A DNA stretch of 64,000 bases from Thermoplasmata archaeon. GTDB lineage: Archaea; Thermoplasmatota; Thermoplasmata; Lutacidiplasmatales; UBA184. The stretch spans positions 3,676-67,675 of the forward strand of contig JAKAUN010000002.1 of NCBI GenBank assembly GCA_021817605.1. Direction: 5' to 3'. The notes below the pieces were generated by a model, which made no database searches, was not told where the DNA came from, and saw nothing but the letters and a program-made list of their open reading frames with translations. Made by a program: the position numbers and the translations under genes. Positions 21,301-29,167 of the stretch are shown piece by piece (within the stretch, counting starts at the first letter, position 1; every line of letters starts with the position of its first letter).

Positions 21301-22240
21301 TCCCGTAGGCGAGGCTGTTGGTGATGGTGTTGTGCAGGACCACTACGGCCGATTGAGCGATGCTCCCAAAACCGGAGGTCATGAGGGCGTAGACGATGCC
21401 GATGCCGTTCGTGTTGAGGGTGTTGGAGTTGATGTCGCACGCAGGCGCGCCTACGGCGCAGCCGGCGAGGATCCCCACGGACTGGGTGTCCTGGAACCAT
21501 GAGGAGTAGGTATTCGCACCGGAGGTCGTGGTCGTGTCCAGGGAGAATCCGCTCACCGTGCTGTTGGTGATCGCGACGGAGTTTCCGTAGACGACGATCC
21601 CGGTCTCGCCGGCGGTGCCTCCCGCACCAGGACCGACGACCGTGACCGCGTTCACGACGAAGGTGCCCGTGGGCTCGACCGCCGTGGCCGGGAATACGTT
21701 GCCGAGCTGAATCCCCAGAGCCGTCGTGCTTCCGGCGGCGAGCGTCACCGTCGAGCTTTCGATCGTCGCCGAGGAGGTGACGAGCGAAGGCGCCGCAAGG
21801 ATCCCGTCCGTGCTGCCGCTCGAGATCGTCACGAAATTCTGCACCGTGATGCCGTTCGCCTCGAGGCTGAGAGCCGCGAGGTCGGTGGGATACGCCGTCG
21901 CGTTGACCACGCACCCGGAGCCGTCCAGCATACTGTTGGCAAACGAATCAGAAAGGTTGCCCGAGAAGCCCTCGAGCACCGTCACCACCGAACCGTTGAC
22001 GGAGACCGCTGTCGGGTCGCTCGAGACCCCTCCGGCAGAGATGGTGACCGTCCCGAGACTACCGGCGGAGGGGCAGGCGGCCAAGGTGGAGAAGGCAGGC
22101 CCTCCCGGCGCCGATCCGACGGAGGACCCGAGGAAGGGGCCCGCGCCGGCAATCGTGGGGGCAAGGGCGAACCCCACCACCGCGAGGAGGCCGACCAGGG
22201 CCGCCCGGACCACCACGCGTCGAGGGGCGCTCATAGCCAC
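18347..22240 (-). CDS. Large secreted surface protein, an S-layer/cell-envelope glycoprotein candidate: signal peptide, two tandem ~440-aa beta-helix-like modules, C-terminal domains and a C-terminal transmembrane anchor
   Basis: 1297 aa. N-terminal Sec signal MAMSAPRRVVVRAALVGLLAVVGFALAPTIAGAG. Composition is T/S/G/A/N/V-rich with GNTV/NTVT-like beta-helix rung motifs. About 20 N-x-S/T sequons. Conserved Cys pairs C261/C268, C374/C389 are repeated as C702/C709, C814/C829. C-terminal hydrophobic helix LALPAAAALATTLLLAAAGA followed by a charged tail. Confidence 0.8.
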   Translation of the reverse strand: MAMSAPRRVVVRAALVGLLAVVGFALAPTIAGAGPFLGSSVGSAPGGPAFSTLAACPSAGSLGTVTISAGGVSSDPTAVSVNGSVVTVLEGFSGNLSDSFANSMLDGSGCVVNATAYPTDLAALSLEANGITVQNFVTISSGSTDGILAAPSLVTSSATIESSTVTLAAGSTTALGIQLGNVFPATAVEPTGTFVVNAVTVVGPGAGGTAGETGIVVYGNSVAITNSTVSGFSLDTTTTSGANTYSSWFQDTQSVGILAGCAVGAPACDINSNTLNTNGIGIVYALMTSGFGSIAQSAVVVLHNTITNSLAYGMVLEPTGAAGVSLVESNTFASAPSGAPGAYLIGGTFSLTGNVFLGTNTTGTNGALQGQASCVASTIPTASVEATDCFNPATEVTLNANIFAQTNAPDWTATFPTYPATSFQRGGEHVTWSESGLTPGLDWSVTMNGTTANVPAPASIVGDLQNGSFSYGIGAIGGWYENTLITPGVGSVSGSAVVEPVLVFVHAAPGQLVLSSSGIPTNASLVSVAGTVATLRSSFAGNVTDYWADSTLNGASFTINTTGYPSDGNSIGVQANGVTVKDATTLGTGAVNGIIVAPALTSATIESSTVTLGAGGAGPGGPVGIEAGDIFPATSVEPTGTFSVIGNTVLGPGAADTAASEGGIIVWGSSVTVSGNTVRGFSFETGGSYFTQTQSSAIWAGCAPGALTCNIEANHVGSSSVGILYAMYTSSYAGIAGAPATIDGNTVTDSLAYGIVTEPQGTGITTVDANVVNNAASGAPGIFLIGTAQMAAHNVLIGTSTSGSNGASQSAASCAASVVPTASIEATDCFNGLTTITLQENVFAGTSVYWSKAYAVTNSSLLAGELATFTETGLPNGTNWSLSIGHAFGTPPGTVTATAPAPDAMVMDAQNISYNFTIPFVPGFAASLYGGQFSISGSPVNIPIVFTASLGHTLRFRELHLPAGALWSVDVLGIVRSDTTVTTGTGSTGSVSFSEAAGALVYNISGPAGWGVARIAGPGSPNQTYGTPTYSLSGVATWTVIFGHLQTVTFNQSSLAKFQKYAGSTWGVDLTPAFPHGGPAGQSKTSTGTSISFSLPTGAAFHFAIAGPGAEYKVLPAKGGFHVPKHALTKVVKFRLLTEAIVFREKGLQAGATWTVTIATGSTPALTFPTTLSKLAGKGVIRFLLPIGNYTYTVGVANTQAPTPASGTIAVLHAPSPRQLVNVTMNPPALPRLPSALSVGGPVGGAGLALPAAAALATTLLLAAAGASRSGAALGGQTAGDEDRPTDAACADRKEVP
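19406..22000 (-). repeat. Intragenic tandem duplication, two ~1.3-kb modules (aa 81-500 and 526-945 of the surface protein)
   Basis: Collinear matches with offset 440-450 aa: GNLSDSF/GNVTDYW; ESSTVTLAAG/ESSTVTLGAG; TVSGFSLDT/TVRGFSFET; AGCAVGAPACDI/AGCAPGALTCNI; SLAYGMVLEP/SLAYGIVTEP; SCVASTIPTASVEATDCFN/SCAASVVPTASIEATDCFN; ESGLTPGLDWSVTMNG/ETGLPNGTNWSLSIG. Confidence 0.7.
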
Positions 22241-22417
22241 CCCTCGCTTAGGTCGACCCGTTCGAACCGCGCAGAACCGCTTCGGGATTCGGGAGCAAAC
22301 ACCATCTCCGCTACCTTACCTTAGATTTGAGAGGGTCAGCTGAATAAATACCAGTTGCCCCCCGGGCCAAGGACCGGCGGTCGGCGTCCGCTTTTCGGCC
22401 CTCGGGAAGCAACAACG

Positions 22418-22427
22418 CCTAAATAGG
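22418..22427 (+). promoter_or_regulatory. Candidate TATA box (CCTAAATAGG) ~35-40 nt upstream of the tuf start
   Basis: AT-rich element in the GC-rich divergent intergenic region. A second TATA-like AATAAATA at 22344-22351 could serve the divergent surface-protein gene on the minus strand, with an ~80-100 nt leader. Confidence 0.4.
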
Positions 22428-22460
22428 GGTGATTTGTCGGCGCGCCCGGAGCGCAAATCC

Positions 22461-23738
22461 ATGGCACAGAAGCCCCACCTCAACATCGTGTTCATTGGCC
22501 ACGTCGACCACGGGAAGTCCACGACCGTCGGCCGGCTGCTCCTGGATACCGGCTACATCCGCCAGGAGGAGATCGACAAGTTCCGCGCCGAGGCCGAGGC
22601 GAAGGGCAAGGCGACGTTCGAGTTCGCCTGGGTGATGGACGAGCTCAAGGAGGAGCGCGAGCGCGGTGTGACGATCGACATCGCCCACCGACGGTTTGAC
22701 ACCCAGAAGTACTACTTCACCATCATCGACGCCCCCGGCCACCGCGATTTCGTCAAGAACATGATCACGGGGACGAGCCAGGCCGATGCGGCGGTCCTCG
22801 TCTGCTCCGCGGCCGAAGGGATCCAGGAGCAGACCCGCGAGCACATCTTCCTCTCCCGTACGCTCGGGGTAGCCCAGCTCATCTGCGCCGTCAACAAGAT
22901 GGACCGCCAGGAGGTCGCCTACTCCGAGGCGAAGTACGAGACGATCAAGGAAGAGCTCACCAAGCTGCTCAAGAACGTCGGCTTCAAGGTCGACCAGCAG
23001 GTGACGTTCGTCCCGATCTCGGCGTTCAAGGACGACAACATCAACAAGGCGAGCCCCAACATGTCCTGGTTCAAGGGCCCGACCCTGCTCCAGGCGCTCG
23101 ACGCGCTCAAGGTCCCCGAGAAGCCTACCGATAAGCCTCTCCGCCTCCCCGTCCAGGACGTCTACACGATCACCGGGATCGGAACGGTCCCCGTGGGCCG
23201 GGTCGAGACCGGGAAGCTCAAGCTCGGCGACAAGATCACCTTCATGCCCAGCGGCAAGACCGGCGAGGTGAAGACCATCGAGATGCACCACGAGGCGGTC
23301 CCCGAGGCGATCCCGGGCGACAACATCGGCTTCAACGTCCGCGGGATCGACAAGAACGACATCCGCCGCGGGGACGTCGCCGGGCCGGCCTCCAACGCCC
23401 CGACGGTCGTGGAGAGCTTCATCGCCAACATCCAGGTGCTCAACCACCCGAGCGTGATCACGGTGGGCTACACACCGGTGTTCCACTGCCACACGGCGCA
23501 GGTCGCCTGCGAATTCACCGAGCTCCAGAAGCGACTCGACCCGAAGACCGGGCAGGTCGCCGAGGAGAACCCCCAGACCTTGAAGACGGGGGACGCGGCG
23601 GTGGTGAAGATCACCCCGAAGCGCCCGCTGGTCCTCGAGAAGTACAAGGAGTTCCCCCAGCTCGGCCGTTTCGCCGTGCGCGACATGGGCCAGACCGTCG
23701 CCGCCGGCGTCGTCGTCGACGTCAAGAAGCGCGCCTAG
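22461..23738 (+). CDS. tuf: Translation elongation factor 1-alpha (aEF-1A)
   Basis: [27 protein letters not shown]...[20 protein letters not shown]...NKMD. The track ORF starts 9 codons upstream at 22434. Confidence 0.97.
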   Translation: MAQKPHLNIVFIGHVDHGKSTTVGRLLLDTGYIRQEEIDKFRAEAEAKGKATFEFAWVMDELKEERERGVTIDIAHRRFDTQKYYFTIIDAPGHRDFVKNMITGTSQADAAVLVCSAAEGIQEQTREHIFLSRTLGVAQLICAVNKMDRQEVAYSEAKYETIKEELTKLLKNVGFKVDQQVTFVPISAFKDDNINKASPNMSWFKGPTLLQALDALKVPEKPTDKPLRLPVQDVYTITGIGTVPVGRVETGKLKLGDKITFMPSGKTGEVKTIEMHHEAVPEAIPGDNIGFNVRGIDKNDIRRGDVAGPASNAPTVVESFIANIQVLNHPSVITVGYTPVFHCHTAQVACEFTELQKRLDPKTGQVAEENPQTLKTGDAAVVKITPKRPLVLEKYKEFPQLGRFAVRDMGQTVAAGVVVDVKKRA

Positions 23739-23781
23739 GCCCCGGGCACACGCACCGGGGCTTGGGAGGGGGAGGGCGTCG

Positions 23782-24093
23782 GTGGTGCAGAGGGCTCGGA
23801 TCTCGCTCAGCGGGATCGACGCCGGCAAGGTCGACTCGATCTGCAAGCAGATCCGGGAGATCTCCCAGAAGACCGGTGTCGCGATCGCGGGGCCGATCCC
23901 CCTTCCGACCAAGAAGCTCAAGGTCCCCGTGCGCAAGGGCCCGGACGGTGGCGGCACGAGCACCATCGACCACTGGGAGATGCGCATCCACAAGCGCCTC
24001 ATCGACATCGACGCGGACGAGCGGGCGCTTCGCCAGGTGATGCGCATCCAGGTTCCCGACGGCGTCAACATCGAGATCGTCCTCACGGGGTAG
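23782..24093 (+). CDS. rps10: 30S ribosomal protein S10 (uS10)
   Basis: GTG start. [101 protein letters not shown]. Conserved tuf-rps10 pairing. Confidence 0.95.
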   Translation: MVQRARISLSGIDAGKVDSICKQIREISQKTGVAIAGPIPLPTKKLKVPVRKGPDGGGTSTIDHWEMRIHKRLIDIDADERALRQVMRIQVPDGVNIEIVLTG

Positions 24094-24097
24094 GGGC

Positions 24098-24724
24098 GTG
24101 CTCGCCCCCGGGGCCGGTCGCTTTCTTCTGCCGGTCGCCCTGCTCCTTTTCCTCGACCTCGTTCTCCTCCTCCTCGGAACCCCGCCTCTCGGAGCGGCGG
24201 GCTTCGGGCTCGCGGCGGTCCTTGTCGGTCTTTTCGGCTTCTTCGCCGTCTTCTTCCGCGATCCCGAGCGGAGGGTCGGGGAGGGGATCGTTTCCGCCGC
24301 GGACGGCCGCATTCGGGCCGTCGAGCGGCTCGGGGAGCGCTGGCTCGTCTCGGTGTTCATGAACGTCACCGACGTTCACGTGAATCGCCTCCCCTTCGAT
24401 GCGACGGTCGAGGCGATCGACGCTCTGGGCGAGGGGTTCCGCCCCGCCTACCGCCACGACGCGGAGGCGAACGTTAAGCGTCGCTACCGGCTCGCCACGT
24501 CGCTCGGCACGGTGGAGGTCGTCCAGATCACCGGGATCCTGGCGCGTCGCCTGGTCCCGTTCGTCCGGGTCGGGGACTCCGTGGCGAAGGGAGCGCGGCT
24601 CGGCATGATCGTGCTCGGCTCGCGGGTGGACGTGCTGCTGCCGGCGGAGAGGACCGAGCCGACGGTCCGTGTCGGGGACCGGGTCGTCGCGGGGGTCACC
24701 ACGATCGCGAGGGTCCGGCCGTGA
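24098..24724 (+). CDS. asd: Archaeal-type phosphatidylserine (archaetidylserine) decarboxylase proenzyme
   Basis: N-terminal TM segment, FFRDPERRV...IVSAADGRI motif, and an LGS self-cleavage-type motif (MIVLGSRVD) near the C-terminus. ~208 aa, the small PSD type. Confidence 0.75.
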   Translation: MLAPGAGRFLLPVALLLFLDLVLLLLGTPPLGAAGFGLAAVLVGLFGFFAVFFRDPERRVGEGIVSAADGRIRAVERLGERWLVSVFMNVTDVHVNRLPFDATVEAIDALGEGFRPAYRHDAEANVKRRYRLATSLGTVEVVQITGILARRLVPFVRVGDSVAKGARLGMIVLGSRVDVLLPAERTEPTVRVGDRVVAGVTTIARVRP

Positions 24725-25464
24725 CGGACCGCTGGCGTGTCGGCGCGAACCTCGCCACCCTCGGCAACGGCCTTCTCGGAGTCGGCGCGGTCCTCTACAC
24801 GGTCGCGGGCAACAAGCTCTGGGCGATGCTCCTCATCACCCTCGCCATCGGGCTCGACGGACTGGACGGGCTGCTCTCCCGCCGGAGCGGCTCTGCGCCC
24901 GGGGCGTTCGGGCGCATCGCCGACTCGGCGGCGGACGCCGTCTCCTTCGGGGTCGCTCCCGCCGTCCTGGTCGCTGTGCACACCTCGGAGGTCGGCCTCT
25001 GGGCCCCGTACGCGACGCTGACGCTCCTCGCGGCCCTCGTCTACCTCGGCGCCGCCGTCGCGCGGTTGGCCTACTTCACCGCCCGAGCCCACGCGCTCCC
25101 GCACTTCCTCGGCATCCCGAGCCCCCAGGCGGCCCTCGCGGTGATCGTGACGGGGCTGTTCCTCGACACGCCGGCGCTCGCCCGGGTGGACCCGGCCGTC
25201 ACGGTCGCCGTCGTGCTCGCCATCGCCGTCCTCATGCTCGTGCCCGTGCCCTATCCGAAGATCCGGCGCGGGAGCCCGCTGCGCTGGCCGATGGCGACGA
25301 CCGCCGCCTTCGGGGCCCTCGCGCTCGTCCCCCTCCAGTTCCGCCTCGGCCGAGGGAGCCCGCTCTACGACCTCGCCTCCGCGGGGGCCTGGGGGCTCCT
25401 GGTCGGGGTGGCCGCCTATTACCTCGTGGGACCGTTCACGCTGGGTCGGCGAAAGGAGGGCTAG
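24721..25464 (+). CDS. pssA: CDP-alcohol phosphatidyltransferase, probable archaetidylserine synthase
   Basis: Multi-TM. DGLDGLLSRRSGSAPGAFGRIADSAADAV matches the D-x2-DG-x2-AR...G-x3-D-x3-D motif. ATGA overlap with the upstream decarboxylase. Confidence 0.75.
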   Translation: MTDRWRVGANLATLGNGLLGVGAVLYTVAGNKLWAMLLITLAIGLDGLDGLLSRRSGSAPGAFGRIADSAADAVSFGVAPAVLVAVHTSEVGLWAPYATLTLLAALVYLGAAVARLAYFTARAHALPHFLGIPSPQAALAVIVTGLFLDTPALARVDPAVTVAVVLAIAVLMLVPVPYPKIRRGSPLRWPMATTAAFGALALVPLQFRLGRGSPLYDLASAGAWGLLVGVAAYYLVGPFTLGRRKEG

Positions 25465-25467
25465 CAG

Positions 25468-25929
25468 GTGCGGTCGGCACGCTCGTTCCATCGGGCCCGG
25501 CTCAGCGGCCGGGAGGCGCTGCTCTTCGAGGCCGGCATCAAGCTCGGCGGGATCTTCCACCAGTACCTGGGGATCCCGGTGAGCCGCCGGACCTCCCGAG
25601 CGCTCTCCCGCTCGGTCGAGGCGGCGGTCGGCCTCCAGCCGTTCGTCACCCGCGTGCGCGTGACGATCGACCCCTCCCGCGGCGGTCGGCTCGGGCGGCC
25701 GCCGTTCGACTACCGTTACCTGACCGCGGAGATGCTCAGCGCCAAGGTCGAGCTCTCGGACGGCCCCTGGAAGGTCGTCGCGCGCCTCGGCTACCGGGCC
25801 GATCTCCGCTACCCGCTCATGCGCGTCGAGCGGCTCAGTGTCCTCGAGCGCGACCGGCCTAGCGCCGGTCGGCGATCGGCACGTAGGGAAGGTCGGTCGG
25901 GCCGACGTACTTCGCCGTCGGCCGGATGA
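25468..25929 (+). CDS. Small protein resembling the archaeal dihydroneopterin aldolase MptD family (PF04038-like); assignment tentative
   Basis: N-terminal LFEAGIKLGGIFHQYLGIPVS motif recalled from the MptD family. The R-rich C-terminal tail overlaps the convergent citrate synthase 3' end by ~70 nt, so the true stop may be earlier. Confidence 0.45.
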   Translation: MRSARSFHRARLSGREALLFEAGIKLGGIFHQYLGIPVSRRTSRALSRSVEAAVGLQPFVTRVRVTIDPSRGGRLGRPPFDYRYLTAEMLSAKVELSDGPWKVVARLGYRADLRYPLMRVERLSVLERDRPSAGRRSARREGRSGRRTSPSAG

Positions 25930-26983
25930 GGCGGAGGTCCTCGTACTCCTCGAGGACGTGGGCGGTCCACCCCACGACGCGGCTCGCCGCGAAGATCGGG
26001 GTGAACAGGTCGTGGGGGATGCCGAGGAGCGTGTACATCGACCCCGAATAGAGGTCGACATTGGGGTAGAGGCCTTTTTCCCGGTGGACGACCGCCTCGA
26101 CCTGGCGCAACAGCTCGTAGTAACGGAGCTCGTTCTTCGCCTCCCCGACCCGCCGCGACCACTCCCTCAGGATCGTGGCACGGGGGTCCTCCACCTTGTA
26201 GACGCGGTGGCCGAAACCCATGATCCGCTCGTGGCGGGAGAGCTTGCCCGTGACGACCTCCTCGGCGCGCTCGGGGTTCCCGATCTCCGCGAGCAGTTCC
26301 ATGACCCTCTCGTTCGCGCCCCCATGGAGCGGCCCCTTGAGGGTCCCGACGGCGCTGGTGATCGAGCTGTAGAGGTCCGAGAGGGTCGACGCGGTCACGC
26401 GCGCGGAGAAGGTCGATGCGTTGAGCTCGTGGTCGGCGTGGAGGATGAGCGCCACGTCCAGCGCCCGTGCCTCGAGCTCGGTGGGCTCGCGGTCGAGCAG
26501 GGCGTAGAGGAGGTAAGCGGCGGCGGAGAGGCCGGGGCGGGCTTCGGGCGGTTTCCCTCCGTTGCGCCGCCGGTGGAAGCGGCCGAGGATGGTGGGGAGG
26601 GCGGCGGTCAGCCGCTGGGCCCCGCCGATCGACGTCGGTCCCGGTCGGGTCTCCTCCGGCTCGACCAGGGCGAGGGCGCTTACGGCCGTCCTCAGGATGT
26701 CCATCGGATGGGCGGAGAGCGGCAGCTCGTCGATCTCCCGGGCGAGCGCCGGCGGGAGCTCGCGCAACGGGACGAGACGGGAGGTGAGCTCGTCCAGCTG
26801 GGACGCCGTAGGTAGGCGGCCGTACCAGAGGAGGTAGGCGACCTCCTCGAAGGTCGAACGCTCCGCGAGTTCGCGGATGTCGTAGCCTCGGTAGATGAGA
26901 CGTCCTTTCTGGCCGTCGATGAAACAGATCCGCGACTCGAGCGCGACCACGTCCTCCAAGCCCCGCTGGATCTCCGCCGCCAC
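25859..26983 (-). CDS. gltA: Citrate synthase
   Basis: 374 aa. GYDIRELAE..., LILHADHELNASTF, GPLHGGANE and MGFGHRVYK motifs. Confidence 0.95.
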   Translation of the reverse strand: MAAEIQRGLEDVVALESRICFIDGQKGRLIYRGYDIRELAERSTFEEVAYLLWYGRLPTASQLDELTSRLVPLRELPPALAREIDELPLSAHPMDILRTAVSALALVEPEETRPGPTSIGGAQRLTAALPTILGRFHRRRNGGKPPEARPGLSAAAYLLYALLDREPTELEARALDVALILHADHELNASTFSARVTASTLSDLYSSITSAVGTLKGPLHGGANERVMELLAEIGNPERAEEVVTGKLSRHERIMGFGHRVYKVEDPRATILREWSRRVGEAKNELRYYELLRQVEAVVHREKGLYPNVDLYSGSMYTLLGIPHDLFTPIFAASRVVGWTAHVLEEYEDLRLIRPTAKYVGPTDLPYVPIADRR

Positions 26984-27023
26984 GTTCCTCTACCCCTGCG
27001 CCCCGGCGTGAGGGGCGGGGGAG

Positions 27024-28412
27024 TTAATGGGGTTTCGCGGCCGGCGGCGGCTCCGGGCCCTGCGGCACGACGGCCGCGGACGAGGCGGCCGGACGTCGCC
27101 GCTCGTAGGCCAGGCTCGCCGCCGCCCAGATCGGCAAGGAGGCGAGCAGGAGCCCTCCCGAGACGAAGAAGACGAGACGGAAACTGCCGACGAGGGCGAG
27201 GGCCCAGGAGAGCGCCGCGCCGGCGACCGCCGCGGCGCCTCCGAAGGCGCTGTTGAGCCCGAGCAGGCTCCCCGGGTCGCGTCGCTGGAGCCCACGGAAC
27301 AGCATGAGGGAGCTGCCCGTCGTGTAGACGGCGATCGCACCGCCCAGGAGCGCGTAAACGAGCACGTTGGCGAGCAGGGCGTCCCGCCGGCCGAAGGCGA
27401 GCAGGGCGAAGCCGCCGGTGACCAGGTAGCCGAGCCCGCGGACGTAGGTCGCCCGCCGGACGAGGCGGTCGGCGCCGATGCGGTTGGCGAGCGGTCCCGT
27501 GACCGGGAAGACGAGCGTCTGGGTGAAGTTGTTGGTGAGGTTCACGAGGAAGATCGACGCGGGGACCAGCCCCGAGACGACGAGGAACGGCGTGTAGGAG
27601 ATGTTGAAGAGGTTGGCCGCGAGGGTGAAGAGGAACGAGCTGATCATGATGAGCGGGAGCTCGTGGTGGAGCTCCTCGCGTCCCCAGTGCGTCAGGCGGC
27701 CCAGCGGCCGAGGCCGGAGGTGCGGGCGTCGGGGGAAGAACGGGACGGCGTTCTGCAGCGGTCCGATGGGACGGATCCGGGAGAAGAGGCTCTCGGTGTG
27801 CCGGGCGACCTGGCGGGTCGTGAGCGAGCGGGAGGCCTCCGTGATCCCGAACCCGAGGGCGAAGGCGCTCGTGAGGGCGAGGGCCGAGAGGACGTAGAGC
27901 AACTCCCCGAGCGCGCCGTTCCCCAGGGTCCAGAAATACCCGATCAGGAGGCCGACGATCGAACCGACCATGCTCATCTCCTGGAAGGAGGCAAAAGCGA
28001 CGGCCCGCTCTCCCTCCGGGAACTTCTCCAGGATGAGGAGGTTCGAGGCGCTCGCCCCGGCCGGAGCGAGCACGCCGACGACCCCGTAGGCGACCAGCAG
28101 CTCGGTAAAGGAGCCCACGTGGGCGAGGAGGAGGTAGATCCCCGCGTAACCGGCGTAGTTGATGACGAGGAACAGGCGCCGCCGGGGGTAGACGTCCGAG
28201 AAGTGCCCCCAGAGCACCGAGGAGAGGGTGACGGACGCGTTGAACAGCGTCGCGGCCACCGCGACATCCGTCCACGAGCCGTGAAGCGGGAAGAGGATGA
28301 GGAGCGGGAGCGCGACCCCGAAGCCGGCGGTCGCGGAGTTGATCGGAACGAATCCCAGCAGCCAGGGCCGGGCGACCAGGCGGCCGGACCAGGTCCGAAA
28401 CGGGGCGACCAT
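27024..28412 (-). CDS. MFS transporter
   Basis: 462 aa, ~12 predicted TM helices with an MFS-like repeat pattern. Confidence 0.8.
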   Translation of the reverse strand: MVAPFRTWSGRLVARPWLLGFVPINSATAGFGVALPLLILFPLHGSWTDVAVAATLFNASVTLSSVLWGHFSDVYPRRRLFLVINYAGYAGIYLLLAHVGSFTELLVAYGVVGVLAPAGASASNLLILEKFPEGERAVAFASFQEMSMVGSIVGLLIGYFWTLGNGALGELLYVLSALALTSAFALGFGITEASRSLTTRQVARHTESLFSRIRPIGPLQNAVPFFPRRPHLRPRPLGRLTHWGREELHHELPLIMISSFLFTLAANLFNISYTPFLVVSGLVPASIFLVNLTNNFTQTLVFPVTGPLANRIGADRLVRRATYVRGLGYLVTGGFALLAFGRRDALLANVLVYALLGGAIAVYTTGSSLMLFRGLQRRDPGSLLGLNSAFGGAAAVAGAALSWALALVGSFRLVFFVSGGLLLASLPIWAAASLAYERRRPAASSAAVVPQGPEPPPAAKPH

Positions 28413-28499
28413 CGCTATGGCACGCCCCTAGACGACCCCCCTTTAAGGACGGTAGATTCCACGGGCGGTCCCGGTGGCGCCCTCACGCGCCGGCGGGAA

Positions 28500-28526
28500 A
28501 AGCGTGCTTTTCGACACGCTTATTAG
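28500..28526. promoter_or_regulatory. Perfect inverted repeat AAGCGTG-N8-CACGCTT abutting a TATA-like TTATTAG ~40 nt upstream of the RAM-domain gene
   Basis: Read from the sequence. The geometry is that of an operator overlapping a promoter. Confidence 0.4.
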
Positions 28527-28565
28527 CAAGGCACCTTCTCGCGCCCTCCGGCGGGTGCGCGACGG

Positions 28566-28799
28566 GTGGCGGTAGGATTCGTCCTCATCAGCACGGCCCC
28601 GGCCAAGGAGCACGAGGTTTACACCGAGCTCCTGCGCGTGAAGGGGATCGTGGAGCTTCATCCCCTCTTCGGGGAGTACGACCTCATCGCCAAGGTCGAG
28701 GCCGAGGATTTCAACGCCTTGGGCCAGCTCGTGGTCGACAAGATCCGCTCGGTGAGCGGAGTTATCGACACGAAGACTCTGACAGGTATCAAATTCTGA
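28566..28799 (+). CDS. Stand-alone Lrp/AsnC C-terminal (RAM) ligand-binding domain protein
   Basis: 77 aa, GTG start. VLISTAPAKEHEVYTELLRVKGIVELHPLFGEYDLIAKVEAEDFNALGQLVVDKIRSVSGVIDTKTL, the typical RAM fold sequence. Confidence 0.7.
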   Translation: MAVGFVLISTAPAKEHEVYTELLRVKGIVELHPLFGEYDLIAKVEAEDFNALGQLVVDKIRSVSGVIDTKTLTGIKF

Positions 28800-28800
28800 G

Positions 28801-29148
28801 GTGCAACGAACGATGTTTGATTGGGTGGGTACGTCGGCTCTGAATGTCGGTGCGTGGCAGTTCCTGGAGATCCTTCTCCTGGTCTTCTCGCTCTTCCTCA
28901 TCCTGGCGGGGGTCTTCACTGCCTACTTTGGGAGCGGGAAGAGCCGGACGGTCGGAGTGAGCCTCCTGGTCGCGGGTCTCGTGGTCGGGATCCTCTCGGG
29001 GTACTTCTACCACACCGGCCTGCTCAACGGCAGCTCGAGCGGCCACCTGGGCGACCTCATCTGGGAGGCGTTCCTCGTGATCGTCGCGGCGGTCATCGGC
29101 GCCCTCATCGCGGTCGGGATCTTCCTGGTCGCGATCATGAAGTCGTAG
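28801..29148 (+). CDS. Small membrane protein, 3 predicted TM helices
   Basis: 115 aa hydrophobic ORF that starts 1 nt after the RAM stop. Confidence 0.45.
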   Translation: MQRTMFDWVGTSALNVGAWQFLEILLLVFSLFLILAGVFTAYFGSGKSRTVGVSLLVAGLVVGILSGYFYHTGLLNGSSSGHLGDLIWEAFLVIVAAVIGALIAVGIFLVAIMKS

Positions 29149-29167
29149 TCCCGAGCTCCCGCGCGCC

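Noticed and set aside
25859-25929. Possible frameshift or pseudogene where the MptD-like ORF overlaps citrate synthase by ~70 nt
   Set aside because: Convergent 3' overlaps of this size occur when a non-conserved C-terminal tail reads into the neighbour. There is no evidence of disruption in either gene, and citrate synthase is full length.
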